This document shows, in pieces, positions 46,835-59,669 of a stretch of DNA of 64,000 bases. This DNA is from Hypanus sabinus. Lineage: Eukaryota. Made by a program: the position numbers and the translations under genes. Within the stretch, counting starts at the first letter, position 1. Every line of letters starts with the position of its first letter. Location of the stretch: positions 19,902,001 to 19,966,000 of the forward strand of contig NC_082722.1 of assembly GCF_030144855.1 (NCBI RefSeq), read 5' to 3'. The notes beneath the pieces were generated by a model that searched no databases, was not told where the DNA came from, and worked only from the letters and a program-made list of their open reading frames with translations.

Positions 46835-47780
46835 GTTATTGGTGATAATAGTGACGACTTGCAGCAGATTGAAAACGTTGAGCATGTAGAGACTATGAAA
46901 GAGGATGTGCTAGAGCTTCTGGGAAGCAGCAAGTTGGATAACTCGCCGAGGTCGGATGAGATATACCAAGGCTACTGTGTGAAATAAGGGGGGAGCTTGC
47001 TGAGCATCTGGTGATGATCTTTGCATCATCAATCGGCACGGAGAGTTTCCAGAGGATTGGAGGGTTACGAATGTCGATCAAGAAAGGCAGTAGAGATATA
47101 CGAGGAAATTATAGACCAGTGAGTCTTAACGCAGAGGTCGGTAAGTTGATAAAGAAGATGCTGAGAGGCAGGACTTACGAACATTTTTAGAGGTATAGTA
47201 TGATTATGAGCCGAGAGGTATTATTGGAGGTATATAGGACCCTGGTCAGAGTCCACTTGGAGCACTCTGCTCAGTTTTGGTTGCCTCACTACAGGAAGGA
47301 TGTGGAAGCCATTGAAATGGTTCAGAGGATATTTACAAGGATGTTGCCTGGATTGGGAAGCATGCATTATGAGGATAAGTTGAGTGAACTCGGCTTTTTC
47401 TCCTTGAAGCGATGGTGGATGATAGAATTGTATAAGATGTTGTGAGGCATTGATCGTGTGGATAGTCAGAAGCTTTTTCCCAGGGCTGAAATGGTTGCTA
47501 CAAGAGGACACATGTTTAAGATGGTGGGGAGTATGTACAGAGGAGATGCCAGGCATAAGTGTTTTACTCAGAGTGCGGTGAGTTCGTGGAATGGGCTGCC
47601 GGCAAAGGGGGTGGAGGTGGATACGATAGGGGCTTTTAAGAGACTTTTGGATATGTAAATGGAGCTTAGAAAAATAGAGGGCAATAGTTAAACCTAGTAA
47701 TTTCTAGGACAGGGACATGTTCGGCACAACCTTGTGGGCTGAAGGGCCTGTATTGTGCTGTAGGTTTTCTATGTTTCTAT
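46835..47780 (+). mobile_element. CR1 LINE 3' fragment with internal deletion
   Basis: ORFs 47200-47445 and 47458-47658 (YRTLVRVHLEHSAQFW, TRGH, WNGLP). Confidence 0.85.
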
Positions 47781-50700
47781 GAATACAGGTAGGACCTGAG
47801 CCCTGGGCGATAGTTCACGAGGTCATGCCTCATACTACACCACCTAATTTTGTAGGAACGGAAACGAATGCAAGATGAGTGAAAAGCTTTTCAGTCAACA
47901 ATGTGTGCAATAGTAGGAAGGGGGTACTGTTACAGAAAACTAGATGTGGGGTCATGCTGTTTCCTAGCGTATAAAGTATCTTTATACTTCAGAAAATTTC
48001 GGCTCACTGTCACTAGGAATGTGCGACGATTGATCGACTTTCCTGGCTATTGTGCTGGGAAAGCAATCGTATTGAACAATTTCATGGTATTGCAGTCCGA
48101 GTGGATGCAGAAGAAATGTCTGCCTTTGTACTTCTTTGTGCACTTTTGGGCGAGAGGACATTACTGGGGGACTATATATGTGTGCCAATGTGGATGTGCA
48201 AATCTAAGAACTGTTCTACGTCACTGCGTGAACGGTTATGATTTTTTATGTGACCCGTTTATATGAAATCCACGCACTCACCTACCCACGCTGCCACTTA
48301 ATGAACTAAAACACTGTTTTTAAAATTGACATCTATCCTTTCAAATCTCTGCCCTTTTGTTGCTCCTGGTTCTATCCCCTTTTTCAGGCCCACGCCTAGA
48401 GCTAAAAGTATACCTCGGCTGAAGTTGCGCTTTACCCCATTCCCCAACCAGCAATGATCCCCTGTTTTCCACGGCGAAAAATGCCCAACCTTAACTCTGG
48501 AATGCAGTATTTCTCTTCTCTTTTGTGCTCCTTTTAGTAACCTAACTTCTTTGTGTGATTAACGGCTCATTCACGAGTCATATTATCTGAAATGCTCGGA
48601 ATCAAAAAGTGTTATTTTTGCTGTGCATCAAGATATGGTAACGATTTTATAAGTATATCTATATAAACGCTTAAGCCGCATGTATAGGAGTGTGTGTGTG
48701 TGGTTGCAAAATTTTCAACCTTTGAAATGACTAGATGCACCCTGTACAGATCTATTTGCCAAACGAGACAGTACACACAGCAAAATAACTGCATTCATAG
48801 TTAGCTGGTGACATGATCGAAACTCCATGCGGTCAGAAGCTTCACCGCCTCAGGCGAGTAAGTGGCAGGTGACCACGTTATCGTGTTTAACGCTTAAGTA
48901 AAAAGTAAGAAATTTTATTTAAGTAAATTACGTGTAAAGCTATTTCTGAAAAGTACGTGTTTCTGTACTCACGATATGTCATTCAAAAGCAACAACCGTA
49001 TATCAACCATTTTATATCAGTTAAATGCCAGTTTTAAACATTCGAATATTTTTCTAAGAATAACGAATAATTGCAATTTGTAACCGTAGGCTGGAGAGAA
49101 TTTATGAATACAAGATTTTCTGTTGATGCCGGAAAATCCAGACCTAACGTACACTAAAAGCTGAAGCAACTCAGCAATTTAGGCAACATCTATGGAATTG
49201 AATAAACAGTCGACATTTTAGACCGAGACCCTTCTTCAGAAATCGAATAAACAAAATAAAGTCAATGCCAGGAGAGAAACTCTCTTTTTATCCGCCGAAC
49301 AAATGTATCTTGAAAATGTCCATTTGAAAACATTGTCTATTATTTTCAGCTAAAGTGTTATCTCTCGGAATTTAGGTGATATCATTTAAGGTTAAGATAA
49401 AATTCTGAGAACAAATTGCTTTGCATGAATCGAAGCACAGTTGCTAAAAGAATGCAGCCAAGTATTGTCTATATATGCATACTATTTCCTGTCCACTTAA
49501 ATTCTCAGAATGCTGAATGGCGAATGAAGTATGTTTTACCGTATTGTCATTTGTGTAGTAACAACAGCGGAGATCTGGAACGTGGATAGAAGTTTTGAAA
49601 TATTTACATTTAAATACGCAAGAAATCTTCGAAATCTCAGTTAAAATAAACGCTCTATTGAAATTGTGGACACTGGCAATTTATCATGGCACATTTATTT
49701 AATACCGCATTGTCACAGCGTATTAGAAATGTTCCACAGCAGAGTCGATTTACAGAATGAGATTTGAAGATAATTTTTTGAGTTGAATGTTGAAGTGGTT
49801 CCAGTGTGAGGGCTCGAGAGTTGCGATTCAGGACAGAAGTACTCGTATTGTACTAATGGGCTAATTGGCGACCATTTGGAGTTTGTTCTAGCACCACGAA
49901 GTTTCATTATATTTATTAATGGCAAATGGAATGAAACAATGTAGTAACAGAGATGTGCGTGATTTGCGTGCGGAAGGACGCTAAAGCCATAGATTTTGCA
50001 AATTTAGAGTCCGTACGAACTCAGGAAGCAACCGTGGAAAATGCCAGATTAAGATTTTTTCGGGTTTTTTGCATAGTGAAAGCTTCCCAACAGACTATTC
50101 TCACTACCGAAGGTGCAAAACTAATCGGTTCTTTCCAAAACCTTCTACATTTACTTTTCTACTGTGTTTTTCAATTTGTTTTGATTGTGTTGAATCGTAT
50201 CCCAGCAGAACTCATTAGTAACCTTGGCAAGATATCAGAACAATATTATCTGTAGAATCTCTCTGTATTCGAGATAATAGAATATTTGGAAAGTTTTATA
50301 TAACGAGGCCATGAATATTATACAAGTATACCATTATAGGTGGTATCTAGGGCGTTCGGTTGTATAAATGACCAGCACATATAAAACGGAGAGGTAACTT
50401 TACAGACATTGTTTTTGTTCTTAAGTAGCTTGACAAAACATTTCTTCTTGAAGTATTTAAATCATTTATAAAGTGGCAAGTAGGCAAAAATATATTATTT
50501 AAATAATTCAAAATTAAACCTTTAAAATTATTTCAAACTTTCAACAGTTACAGAAACAGAAAAGTGAAGACCAAGGATGAAGACTGGTAGGCTTAATTTC
50601 GAAGTTCATCACTATATAATTTCCTGGCTGTACAATAAATTGCAGATGAAGAGCCTCGGCCCAAGCCGTCGACTGTCTACTCCCTGCCGGTGATGCTGCC

Positions 50701-52578
50701 TGGCGCGTTGTGTTGCGTCAGCGCTTATTGTGTTGCTCCATGTTCCAGCGTCGGAAGTCTCTTGTCTCCATTTTTTTGCCAAATGGATCGTTCTTAAAAA
50801 GTACTGACCTGCCATTTATTTAACGTTTTGAGTTCAGCCAACGCACATTAGTTGTATTTGTCAAATTATCTTGATGTTCGCCGGAATCCAAATGTTGTGC
50901 TTATTATTTCACAAAAACGGCAGATTTTTAAAAGACTTCTCAAAGGTCAGCAAATTCGTCAGATTTTATTGCCATATCGGCCTGTATGCAAGCATTTAAA
51001 GCAGGGATAATAATCAAAATTCTTTGCTTCACAAATCTAAACCATTACTTTTCAAATATAGAATCTCACGAGGGTTCTATCACTTATTTTCTATCTTCCT
51101 TCAAATTTAGACTGTTCCCATAGAGCTAACATTCCAAATACTTCGTCATTTAGCAAATATCAAAATAGGTAACTGAATAGTTTTCTGATGACTGCTGAAC
51201 AAAAATAATTTTCAGTTCTTGATGCGGAGGCTTAAAGATAATGCCTGCTGTGTCAAATGCCCGTACTTTTTATTCAGAAGCATTCACCTTAGATACTCGC
51301 AGTATTCCCACGGTACACCAGAGTTCAGAAGTGAACAGAAGAGAAAGAAGTAGAACAACAATTATCTGGAAATATTTGAATAACAGAGAGAGAGAAAAGA
51401 GGAACAAAGTGATTAGCATAATGCAAAAATGAAGGTATAGACAAAAGAGAAAATTTAGGTCCAAAAAAACATTGCACTGCTTAGCTTGTCTTCAGATATC
51501 AAGCTGATGATCCTTTAGCGGTTAAATAATATGCGTGAGGCGTGGAACCGAATTGTATTGGGTTTACTTCAAACAATACTGCGAAGCATACGTTGAGTAA
51601 TGGAATTCTGCTGAAAAGTTCACCTGTAAGTTGGTTATATTTGCAATGCATTTGTTGATTCGAAGCCGCATGTTGCTTTGTGTTGGATCTTTCAAAATAA
51701 ATTATAGATTTAACTTTGATTTAAAAGATAATTATTTATATTTCAAAGCTTCTCCCTTGATCTGATTATCTGGCACCTAACACAATATTAACAACAAACA
51801 CAGAAACGTGTTTGTGATCCACATCATTTTTCGGACTGTATAAATAACATTAATGGCTTTCATAATATTGTGAATCTGAATTGAAATTAAGAATATGATA
51901 TTTTCAATATTCGCCTTTATGGATTCACGTCAACGAGAAGGAAATATTTTCCTCCGACTAAATGCTCGGTAGGTATTATTGCTTCATTATGACGAACAAA
52001 AGGAAAGTAAATCAATTCCGAATTGATTCTCACTGTCATCATGGTACCCGATATGGCCATCCACACAATACAAACCCATATATGAAGTAATCCCTTCAGT
52101 GATACTATGCTGGAGGTAGAACCATGGTACTGAGTCGTATGGTTATCTTCAGAATCGAGTGAAGAGCAAAGAGTAAGTAAATAGCTTGAGGTAGATTTTG
52201 TAACCAGTACTTCTGAAGCAGATAAAAGCACAATGTAACTCAACCTGGAAAAAAAGCAGTTTAGATGAGAGTGGGTAAGATTCACAAAATAATGAAGGTG
52301 AATGTAAGACAGGAAACACAATATAAGAATAACGGGTACAGACGTTCAGAAAGTATCTTCAGTCTATCTTACTTTGGGTAAAAAAATGATTTGCGTCATG
52401 ATACAATGTTCATAGGAGACTCAAGGATTCCCTCCTCCTTTCCTTTAAGTGTAAGTATAATTCTTTGATAATTGTTTAATTAGGAGCAGAAGTACTGCAG
52501 TAAGCGAAGCAAATAACAGGTTAATTCCACAGAATCTTAGAAATTTGCTAAACAGAAATAAGCTATTCTGGCTGCCTT

Positions 52579-53466
52579 ACATATAACATATAGCAATCAC
52601 AGCACGGAAACAGGCCATCTCGGCCCTCCTAGTCCGTGCCGAACTCTTAATCTCACCTAGTCCCACCTACCCGCACTCAGCCCATAACCCTCCACTCCTT
52701 TCCTGTCCATATACCTATCCAATTTTGCCTTAAATGACACAACTGAACTGGCCTCTACTACTTCTACAGGAAGCTCATTCCACACAGCTATCTCTCTCTG
52801 AGTAAAGAAATACTCCCACGTGTTTCTCTTAAACTTCTGCCCCCTAACTCTCAAATCATGTCCTCTCGTTTGAATCTCCCCTACTCTCAATGGAAACAGC
52901 CTATTCACGTCAACTCTATCTATCCCTCTCAAAATTTTAAATACCTCGATCAAATCCCCCCTCAACCTTCTACGCTCCAATGAATAGAGACCTAACTTGT
53001 TCAACCTTTCTCTGTAACTTAAGTGCTGAAACCCAGGTAACATCCTAGTAAATCGTCTCTGCATTCTTTCTAATTTATTGATATCTTTCCTATAATTCGG
53101 TGACCTGAGCTGCACACAATATTCTAAATTTGGCCTTACCAATGCCTTGTACAATTTTAACATTACATCCCAACTTCTGTACTCAATGCGTTGATTTATA
53201 AAGGCCAGCGTTCCAAAAGCCTTCTTCACCACCCTATCTACATGAGACTTCACCTTCAGGGAACTATGCACTGTTATTCCTAGATTTCTCTGTTCCTCTG
53301 CATTCCTCAATGCCCTACCATTTACCCTGTATGTTCTATTTGGATTATTCCTGCCAAAATGTAGAACCTCACACTTCTCAGCATTAACCTCCATCTGCCA
53401 ACGTTCAGCCCATTCTTCTAACGGGCATAAATCTCCCTGCAAGCTTTGAAAACCCACCTCATTATC
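52579..53466 (-). mobile_element. CR1 LINE 3' end (same subfamily as 8385-8850)
   Basis: 270-aa ORF 52657-53469 is the CR1 RT C-terminus; absent from block X near 880. Confidence 0.95.
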
Positions 53467-53984
53467 CAATATTTATTAGCAAAATGTTTACAATGAACAT
53501 TTCAACTTTCCTCCGGAATCTGCTTTCAACATTTGGCGGGAAGACAAATGACTCCTCAGGTTGAAGTGACTGTGCAAAAATGAAGAGTGTGGATCTCAAT
53601 GTGGGAATCTTTGCAGATATTCGTATATTGCTAGGATTATGTGATTTAAAAAATAGTTTACGTTGTGAACACAAATATTATAACCTGGTACGACAAGGTA
53701 AATCCTATGATATTTTACGAAATTTCACTAATTACAAAGCTTGTGAATCTACACGTCTGGAAATGTAAACAGGTTTCACCCAATCACCCATTTTGATGTC
53801 ACTATTATCTTTGCTTTACCATCAGGGACTGTGTTAGACGATTGTTGATGATTTCACTGAAACTAAGTTTTAGATTAAAAAGGGGAAAAATGAAATTCTA
53901 AATCTTTTTGACTCCATAATACCTTCACGAAAATTTTCATAGCCAGATAATGCTTCGAAAGTTTCAAGAGTACCTCGGCTTCAG

Positions 53985-54038
53985 GTTATTCCCATAATGA
54001 CCGAAGTTACTGCAAAACAGGAAGACACTGAGACCCAG
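53985..54038 (+). other. Copy of the candidate mini-exon (VIPIMTEVTAKQEDTETQ), 500 nt upstream of the decayed ITIM exon
   Basis: Paralogous to 2064-2117. Its phase 0 end is compatible with the phase 0 exon at 54539. Confidence 0.35.
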
Positions 54039-54538
54039 GCAAAAAGCTGCCCCTTTCAATCTTCTAGATATGAGGTGGCAGCTTTTTGCATGAACTTTAT
54101 TTCCCCATTTTCTTTACAATTGCAGTATTCAAAAAGCCTGAATCTACAACCCACAGAAACAGCAGGTCAATTTGACCATCAGCAATCCTTAAAATGATTA
54201 TTTGCAACGTTAGTGTCTCAAAGCGTCGGTTGCACAAAGGCTGCTTTGATCTTAGCATTCAGCTGCTCCCTTAAATAGATTGCATTAACCTTCATATGAA
54301 AGGTCAGATGTTAAAATGAGCACGAGCATTACTCTGTGCGCAAGAGATGAACCGGAGCACGAGATTTCAGCCCGATTTGAAAATCAGAAAAAGGAAGTTA
54401 ATTTAAAAAGTTTACAGGGCGGTTACAGCCTGCCGCTGACAATCAATGAGATACAGATACACATTTTTTCTTTCAGACTCGGGCGCCTCTGCAGCTGCAG
54501 CATGATGAACTAATGGTCAATATGATTTACTTTCACAG

Positions 54539-54676
54539 GTCACAAGTTACTAGATTAACAAGTTGGCCTCGGCCGCTCTGCACCTTCTCAGTATCAAAAT
54601 TGCATCTGCATTTAGTCAGAAACAGGAACTTGCAGCTTACGCAGATGTACATGGTTTAAAGAAGACGAGAAGCTGA
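54539..54676 (+). pseudogene. Decayed paralogue of the terminal ITIM exon (VTSY*INKLASAALHLLSIKIASAFSQKQELAAYADVHGLKKTRS*)
   Basis: Ungapped alignment to gene 1 exon 7: KL..AAL, YADV and KK at identical positions, similar acceptor (gatttactttcacag) and similar post-stop sequence. In-frame TAG at 54551-54553; first ITIM Tyr replaced by Ser. Confidence 0.8.
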
Positions 54677-55089
54677 AAATCGAAGCAACGAGAGCTATGA
54701 CTAAATATAGGTCCAATATGTTGTTAGTCTGCTTTAAACGTGGCTGGGTTCAGGAGAGACAATGGTGAGTTTTGCAGTGAGATTTACACCTTCCTTGAGC
54801 CGACCGTCAGGCGGACGTGGCTCCGATCAACGAACAATCGATTGCTTTTGTGTTGCAAATGCGAACAAAAATGCCATCTTACTCATGGAGAAAAGCAAAA
54901 TTTTGTTTCTCCCATTTACATTGTTTCAAATGTGAACGTTATCGTTGCTGTAATGTTGTCTAAATATCGTCACGTTCTCTTCACTTAACTTATCTCAGTA
55001 TGATGACAAAAAACGGAAATTTATTCAAATTTTGAAGTAATTTCTTTTCACTTAGTTAAAGAGCTATACCTTTTTCAAATGTATATAAG

Positions 55090-55900
55090 CCTTCATTTTA
55101 TTTCAATATGTATTCAAACGTACACTGAAGTCAGCGAAATGTATAAAATATTCATACTGATTTTTTTCTGCACAAATATCCATGAAAACAGAGGAGTGCC
55201 CCAAAAGTGAACGGCAGTTGAATGTTAGAACCCCGAAGACCCCTGGCTTATCCCTCCCACGCAAAAACAGTAGCAAAGCAAATACCCCCCCAACACCAAC
55301 AAAAAAGTATCTACATTCTCCACCGACATTCAAGCGTGCAGCAAAGCATCAATAAGATACAGAATTGCAGTACCCCAAAGACTACTCTACACACGGTTTT
55401 CGACATAAGAGGGCACTCTCTCTCCTTAATAAGGGAAAAAGAGATGTCCACGTTTCACAGCGAGAATGGAGACATAAGAAAACACATCGCTGGTTCGTAG
55501 TGTTAAAAGTCTGTTGCCTCTCTTTTTCCGAGTTCTGTGCCCAAAGAAAAGGGTCCTCGGGGCACACAACCAAAAGCCCTCTCGCAGAATTCGATCTTCC
55601 ATGTTCTCCCACAACACATCAGGCGGCGGCACTGTCACGGGCCTCGAATTAGCTCGTCCCAAGTGCCACGAAAATCCATTAACCCGACATCACGCTGGTC
55701 TTCCAGGCTGCGTCTTTGACATATCTAAAAACGGCCGCTCGTGAGGCCCGGAGAGCGGGTCTAATTTCTGCAGAGAACCGAAGTCCACGTGTAACTCTAA
55801 GTCAGGGTCTTCAAAATAACCCTGAAAAGGAAACACGAGATATTAAGGATGGAAACAGCGCTTTTCCGAAGATGCAAGCAAAGGACACGCCGTTAGTGCA
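55090..55900 (-). mobile_element. Possible L1/Tx1-type LINE 3' remnant
   Basis: GC-richer island. The minus strand reads AVFRYVKDAAWKT, followed by a T-rich tail and AATAAA near 55095. Weak similarity recalled from memory only. Confidence 0.3.
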
Positions 55901-58640
55901 GTTTTGCAACGAACTGCACTACGGTAGCACAAACTAAAGACCAAAATCGAGACAACCAAACTGTTGGAAACATCACTGCCCTTGAATAATCGACACATGC
56001 TGTAATGGAGCGGGAAAATTCAAGTTGCATCCCTGCTTCCATCAGTAAAATAAATTGCCCACGTGTTCTGAAAATAAAATCAAGGACCTCAATTCCTAAT
56101 CTAGGAATGGAAGGTGAAGTTAAGTTGTCACATCCATCATTGATAAAAAGAATAGACCTTCAGGTACCAGCTGACCAATGAGAAAATCTGTAGTATGCGG
56201 CGGAAATGTATTCCCCCAGTCAAGTCTGCCTATCATTTAGATGAACTGCTATCAGTAGGGAAGATGAATTCGCATCCATTGACACGGTAATCACAGTGAC
56301 AAATTTATTAACTACATGAAGTGAAATTATCGATATGATGTGTTCACACTGTTTCTCTCAGCAGAGGCTGTGTGGCTTGCTGATTGTTTCCTATGTCTTC
56401 CACGCAGTAGTATCAAACAGTAGCTTTAATTTTACAGTCAACTAACTTCAATGCAGCTCCCTATTATCCATTGAAGAATATTCATTTATCCAAATTTGAA
56501 AGCAGAAACATTTATTGAAAAAGAACTTTTGTTGAAATCATTTCGGAATATGCTTATATGAGGGCAGAGGCATTTAAAGGCATGATATTACAAAAGATTA
56601 TCTCGTCCCGTGGACAAAATTGTCTCACAAATTAAAAAGTCTAGATTTTCAGTCAATCCTTTGGCCTAACCAGAGCTGAGCTTGATATTTAAAAACATCT
56701 TGATTTTTCTGAGATTGTCATGTATTCAAGCATTTGAAATAAAAAAAAACAATAAATAGACTACTTTAAGAAGAAATAAAATGTCTTTTACTTACCTGTG
56801 CTTTTCCGCCCGCTGAACAAATTTATGCTGGTGAAAACAAAGAGAGATATAGGGTTTATCTCTGAAGCATTTAAAAAAGAAAATGTATCTGCTGTCTTAT
56901 TCAATTGGCACCTAAGAGCTTTCCACGACAATCCCAGACGTGCTCAAACGAAGCCAATTTTATCAACCAATTTGGTTTTTAAGTGTTTATTAAATGGTCC
57001 AAGTTACTGTAATATTCTTAAACATCATGAAGAATGGACTAATGGAGAACAGAGAGTGGTTCATGTGAAACTAATCGCAATACTCTCATTTTTGGTATTT
57101 ATGTGTCGAGAGAGAATAGTTGATCAAGGCAGAAATCGCGATAGAAAACGTACCTACTGGAGACAGTGTATTCTTCCGCAGACACAATTTTGTACTTGGC
57201 ATTTCAAATTACCTGTAACGTAAAACTAAGCTGACTTTCATTAGAGTTGTCTCTTACGATTCATCAAGATGCACTGCAGGATAATGCTCACAATGTCCAT
57301 ATCCTCTCCCGGCCAACCTCGCAACAAATATACCTCAACTACATCTCGTGGGATCCAATAGACAAAATGTGCGTTACCTATGACCAAGCAGCTACATAAT
57401 TTCAGATCTCAGAAGACAGGAAATACAATTTAATAAAATTGCTGACAAACCTTCTATGAAAAAGGCATAACATCCCCACAGCTTCGTGGAAATTTGGAAA
57501 CATAACTGCTCAAAATGGCGTGGTGCCTGAGAAGCTGATCAGAATCTTAACTTCATTCCTAGGAAGCGCATGGATGTTTGGTATTGTTTCATCGCCAATC
57601 AAGATGCTCTCGAATATTCAGTGTTGTCATTTAATAAATTGATACCAATTTATGCCCTGCCAGGTTAGACACATGGGTGCGTGTTAACCCTTTTTTTCTT
57701 TATCGGGTTAACATTTTTGCTCGATGGCCTATCCTATTGTCCCCCGTTTACCACGTGGAAATGTAGGAGATATTTGAAAGAGCAGAATTTCCTGCACCAC
57801 AACACCGCGTGTTTAATGGAATTAAAATGGAGCCTCGGAACTGCAATCAAACATTTGATGCTTCCTCGATGCATCCTTTATAGATTTTATCACAGTACCT
57901 CTTGAAACTTTGTCATCATTAAACCGAAAAACTTGCCGTTTGAACTCTAAGCTCTCTATTTATGTGATCAACATCCTATACTGTACTGTACCTGTAATCT
58001 AGTTCTATCACAGACAGCATTTCCTATTGCTTTTCGCTGAGTTCTACGTGAGAGCTGGTCGCAGCAGCGACTAAGGAACCTGAGCACTATGCGGCCTGCT
58101 TTGAGCAAACGTACTGAATTCTGTCACTTGAATAAAATAGTGAAGCTTTCGCATTATATGTTCATGTTTCATGAAACTTAAGCATTTTAAATGCATGAAA
58201 ATTGCTGAAGGATTAGGACAAACACTCGATCATATATCGTTTCTCTTCGTGATCAATGCTCAGAATCCAAAATCATACATTGTAATGGTGACTTGTGCAT
58301 GACGACGTCGGAGGGAATGTACTTGCTGTTCAAACCAGTCTTCTTCTGCAATTCCTTTACGTTTTACAATCCGGACATTAAGCAGCAGTTCATTAGTTGA
58401 ACCATTATAACCAAACCCTAAAGGAAATTATCAGGATAAAGAAAAATTTCATTTTCTTTCTACCACTACCGTCACAACCGTCGCGGCTTAAAGCCTTTTG
58501 GCCATATGAGAGCAACGGCTTTACTAGAGAAACCAGTAGGGTGCCATTTGATCGAAGGGATATGATTGAAATGGAGCAAAACTGCAAAGTGAAATTGGAA
58601 TTAAGAAATTCTGTTATTATTTAGAATTGGTAGAGTTCTT

Positions 58641-58715
58641 AACTTCCTCCCAGCCCAGACAGACTTTAAAGCTGAACCACATTATTCTGCATTGTGGTGG
58701 CGACAACCTACGTCA
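58641..58715 (+). promoter_or_regulatory. Candidate gene 2 promoter motifs: ETS/PU.1-type, paired RUNX-type, CRE half site
   Basis: AACTTCCTC 58641-58649, AACCACA 58675-58681, TGTGGT 58693-58698, TACGTCA 58709-58715; 100-180 nt before the ATG. Confidence 0.35.
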
Positions 58716-58818
58716 TTTTCACATGATTAATATATTTCCTCACGAAGTCCTTTTCGTCCAGCAAACACTTTAAGATACCGCTTGCATTGCAGGAATTGGT
58801 CGATTCGGTTTCTGTAAG

Positions 58819-58873
58819 ATGTCAGAAAAATTTACGTTTTCGTACACGGCAATTCTGGCTATTACTTGGCTAA
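58819..58873 (+). CDS. Gene 2 exon 1, signal peptide (MSEKFTFSYTAILAITWL)
   Basis: 55 nt, phase-1 donor gtatgc as in gene 1; 202-nt intron to the V exon (186 nt in gene 1). Confidence 0.8.
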
Positions 58874-59075
58874 GTATGCTGATTTATACGTGCCGTTTCG
58901 GAACTGAATATTCTATTCTAGAATATTTAATACTGGATGCCCGCTTATTATTTGGTTGCAATGTTTCAGCTAATCGTTCGTCTTGCGGTCTTAGAAGTCC
59001 AGTAACTTACGTCTTTAGTTTTGTTAATTCATTGTGTTTAACTGTTGCTAACTCTCTTGCTTATTTTTCCGGCAG

Positions 59076-59381
59076 CCGTCAAAGTAGTTGCGATCGAAGT
59101 ATTTCAATTCCCGAGGGACCTGGACGTCCCGGTTGGTGCGAATGTTACCATGTTCTGCAAATTTCCACTATCACAAGATACTGTTGACGTTCGTTGGCGG
59201 AGGCAAGGCGGGAAGGCATTTTTAGAAAGCGACAGCAGAAGACAATTTCCTGTAGAAAGGGGAAGGGGAGCACTTGTACTCTGGAATGTCACAGTCGCCG
59301 AGTCCGGACTGTATTACTGTGAAGTACAGTTTCAGGAACAATTTGTCGGGAGTAGATGTGGCTCCAAGCTCACAGTGTTCG
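59076..59381 (+). CDS. Gene 2 exon 2, V-set Ig domain with joined J-like G strand
   Basis: Acceptor ttatttttccggcag and donor gtgagt. 306 nt, ungapped against the gene 1 V exon (46/102 aa identical by hand count). ESGLYYC and GSRCGSKLTV. Confidence 0.95.
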
Positions 59382-59669
59382 GTGAGTGCGGATGTTTGGA
59401 TATTTTCGGCTCTGTGCAGTTTACATCAAACAAGGTTAGGATTGTTTTGCAAGAAGCTGGAATAATGTACATTTTAATATCAATAACTGGAGTGGGATAG
59501 CTCGATTCGTCATCACAGAGGACGCCAAATTTTTATACTTAAATAGAATAATGCATGCAGCAGCAAAATGCTCCATTTCCGCATCAATGAGTAGAGAGGA
59601 ATAATACCCAGCTCCCAACGAGTTAATTCAAACATCAAGTAACAATTTGTCGCATGCACTGCAAATTGT

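Larger units (their letters stand above)
51775..54095 (+). repeat. Duplicated block X'
   Basis: Aligns to 1-2170 once the solo LTR (X) and the CR1 (X') are removed. Confidence 0.9.

Noticed and set aside
46753-46845. Poly-His reading frame after an acceptor-like tract
   Set aside because: Explained by the (CAT)15 microsatellite next to a CR1 insertion; stop follows soon.
50077-50196. Plus-strand TM-like segment (LIGSFQNLLHLLFYCVFQFVLIVL)
   Set aside because: Weak donor (gtatcc), polar residues in the helix, and no similarity to the gene 1 TM exon.
51288-51365. Minus-strand hydrophobic candidate exon (IIVVLLLSLLFTSELWCTVGILRVSK)
   Set aside because: The T-rich strand gives hydrophobic translations and acceptor-like tracts by chance, and no phase-consistent partner exons or family match were found.
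56796-56861. Minus-strand 66-nt segment with good acceptor and gtaagt donor
   Set aside because: Translations are unrecognisable and it could not be linked into a gene model; RNA-seq would be needed.
59371-59377. CACAGTG heptamer at the end of the gene 2 V exon
   Set aside because: It is the coding sequence of L-T-V in the J-like strand, and no nonamer follows at 12 or 22/23 nt.
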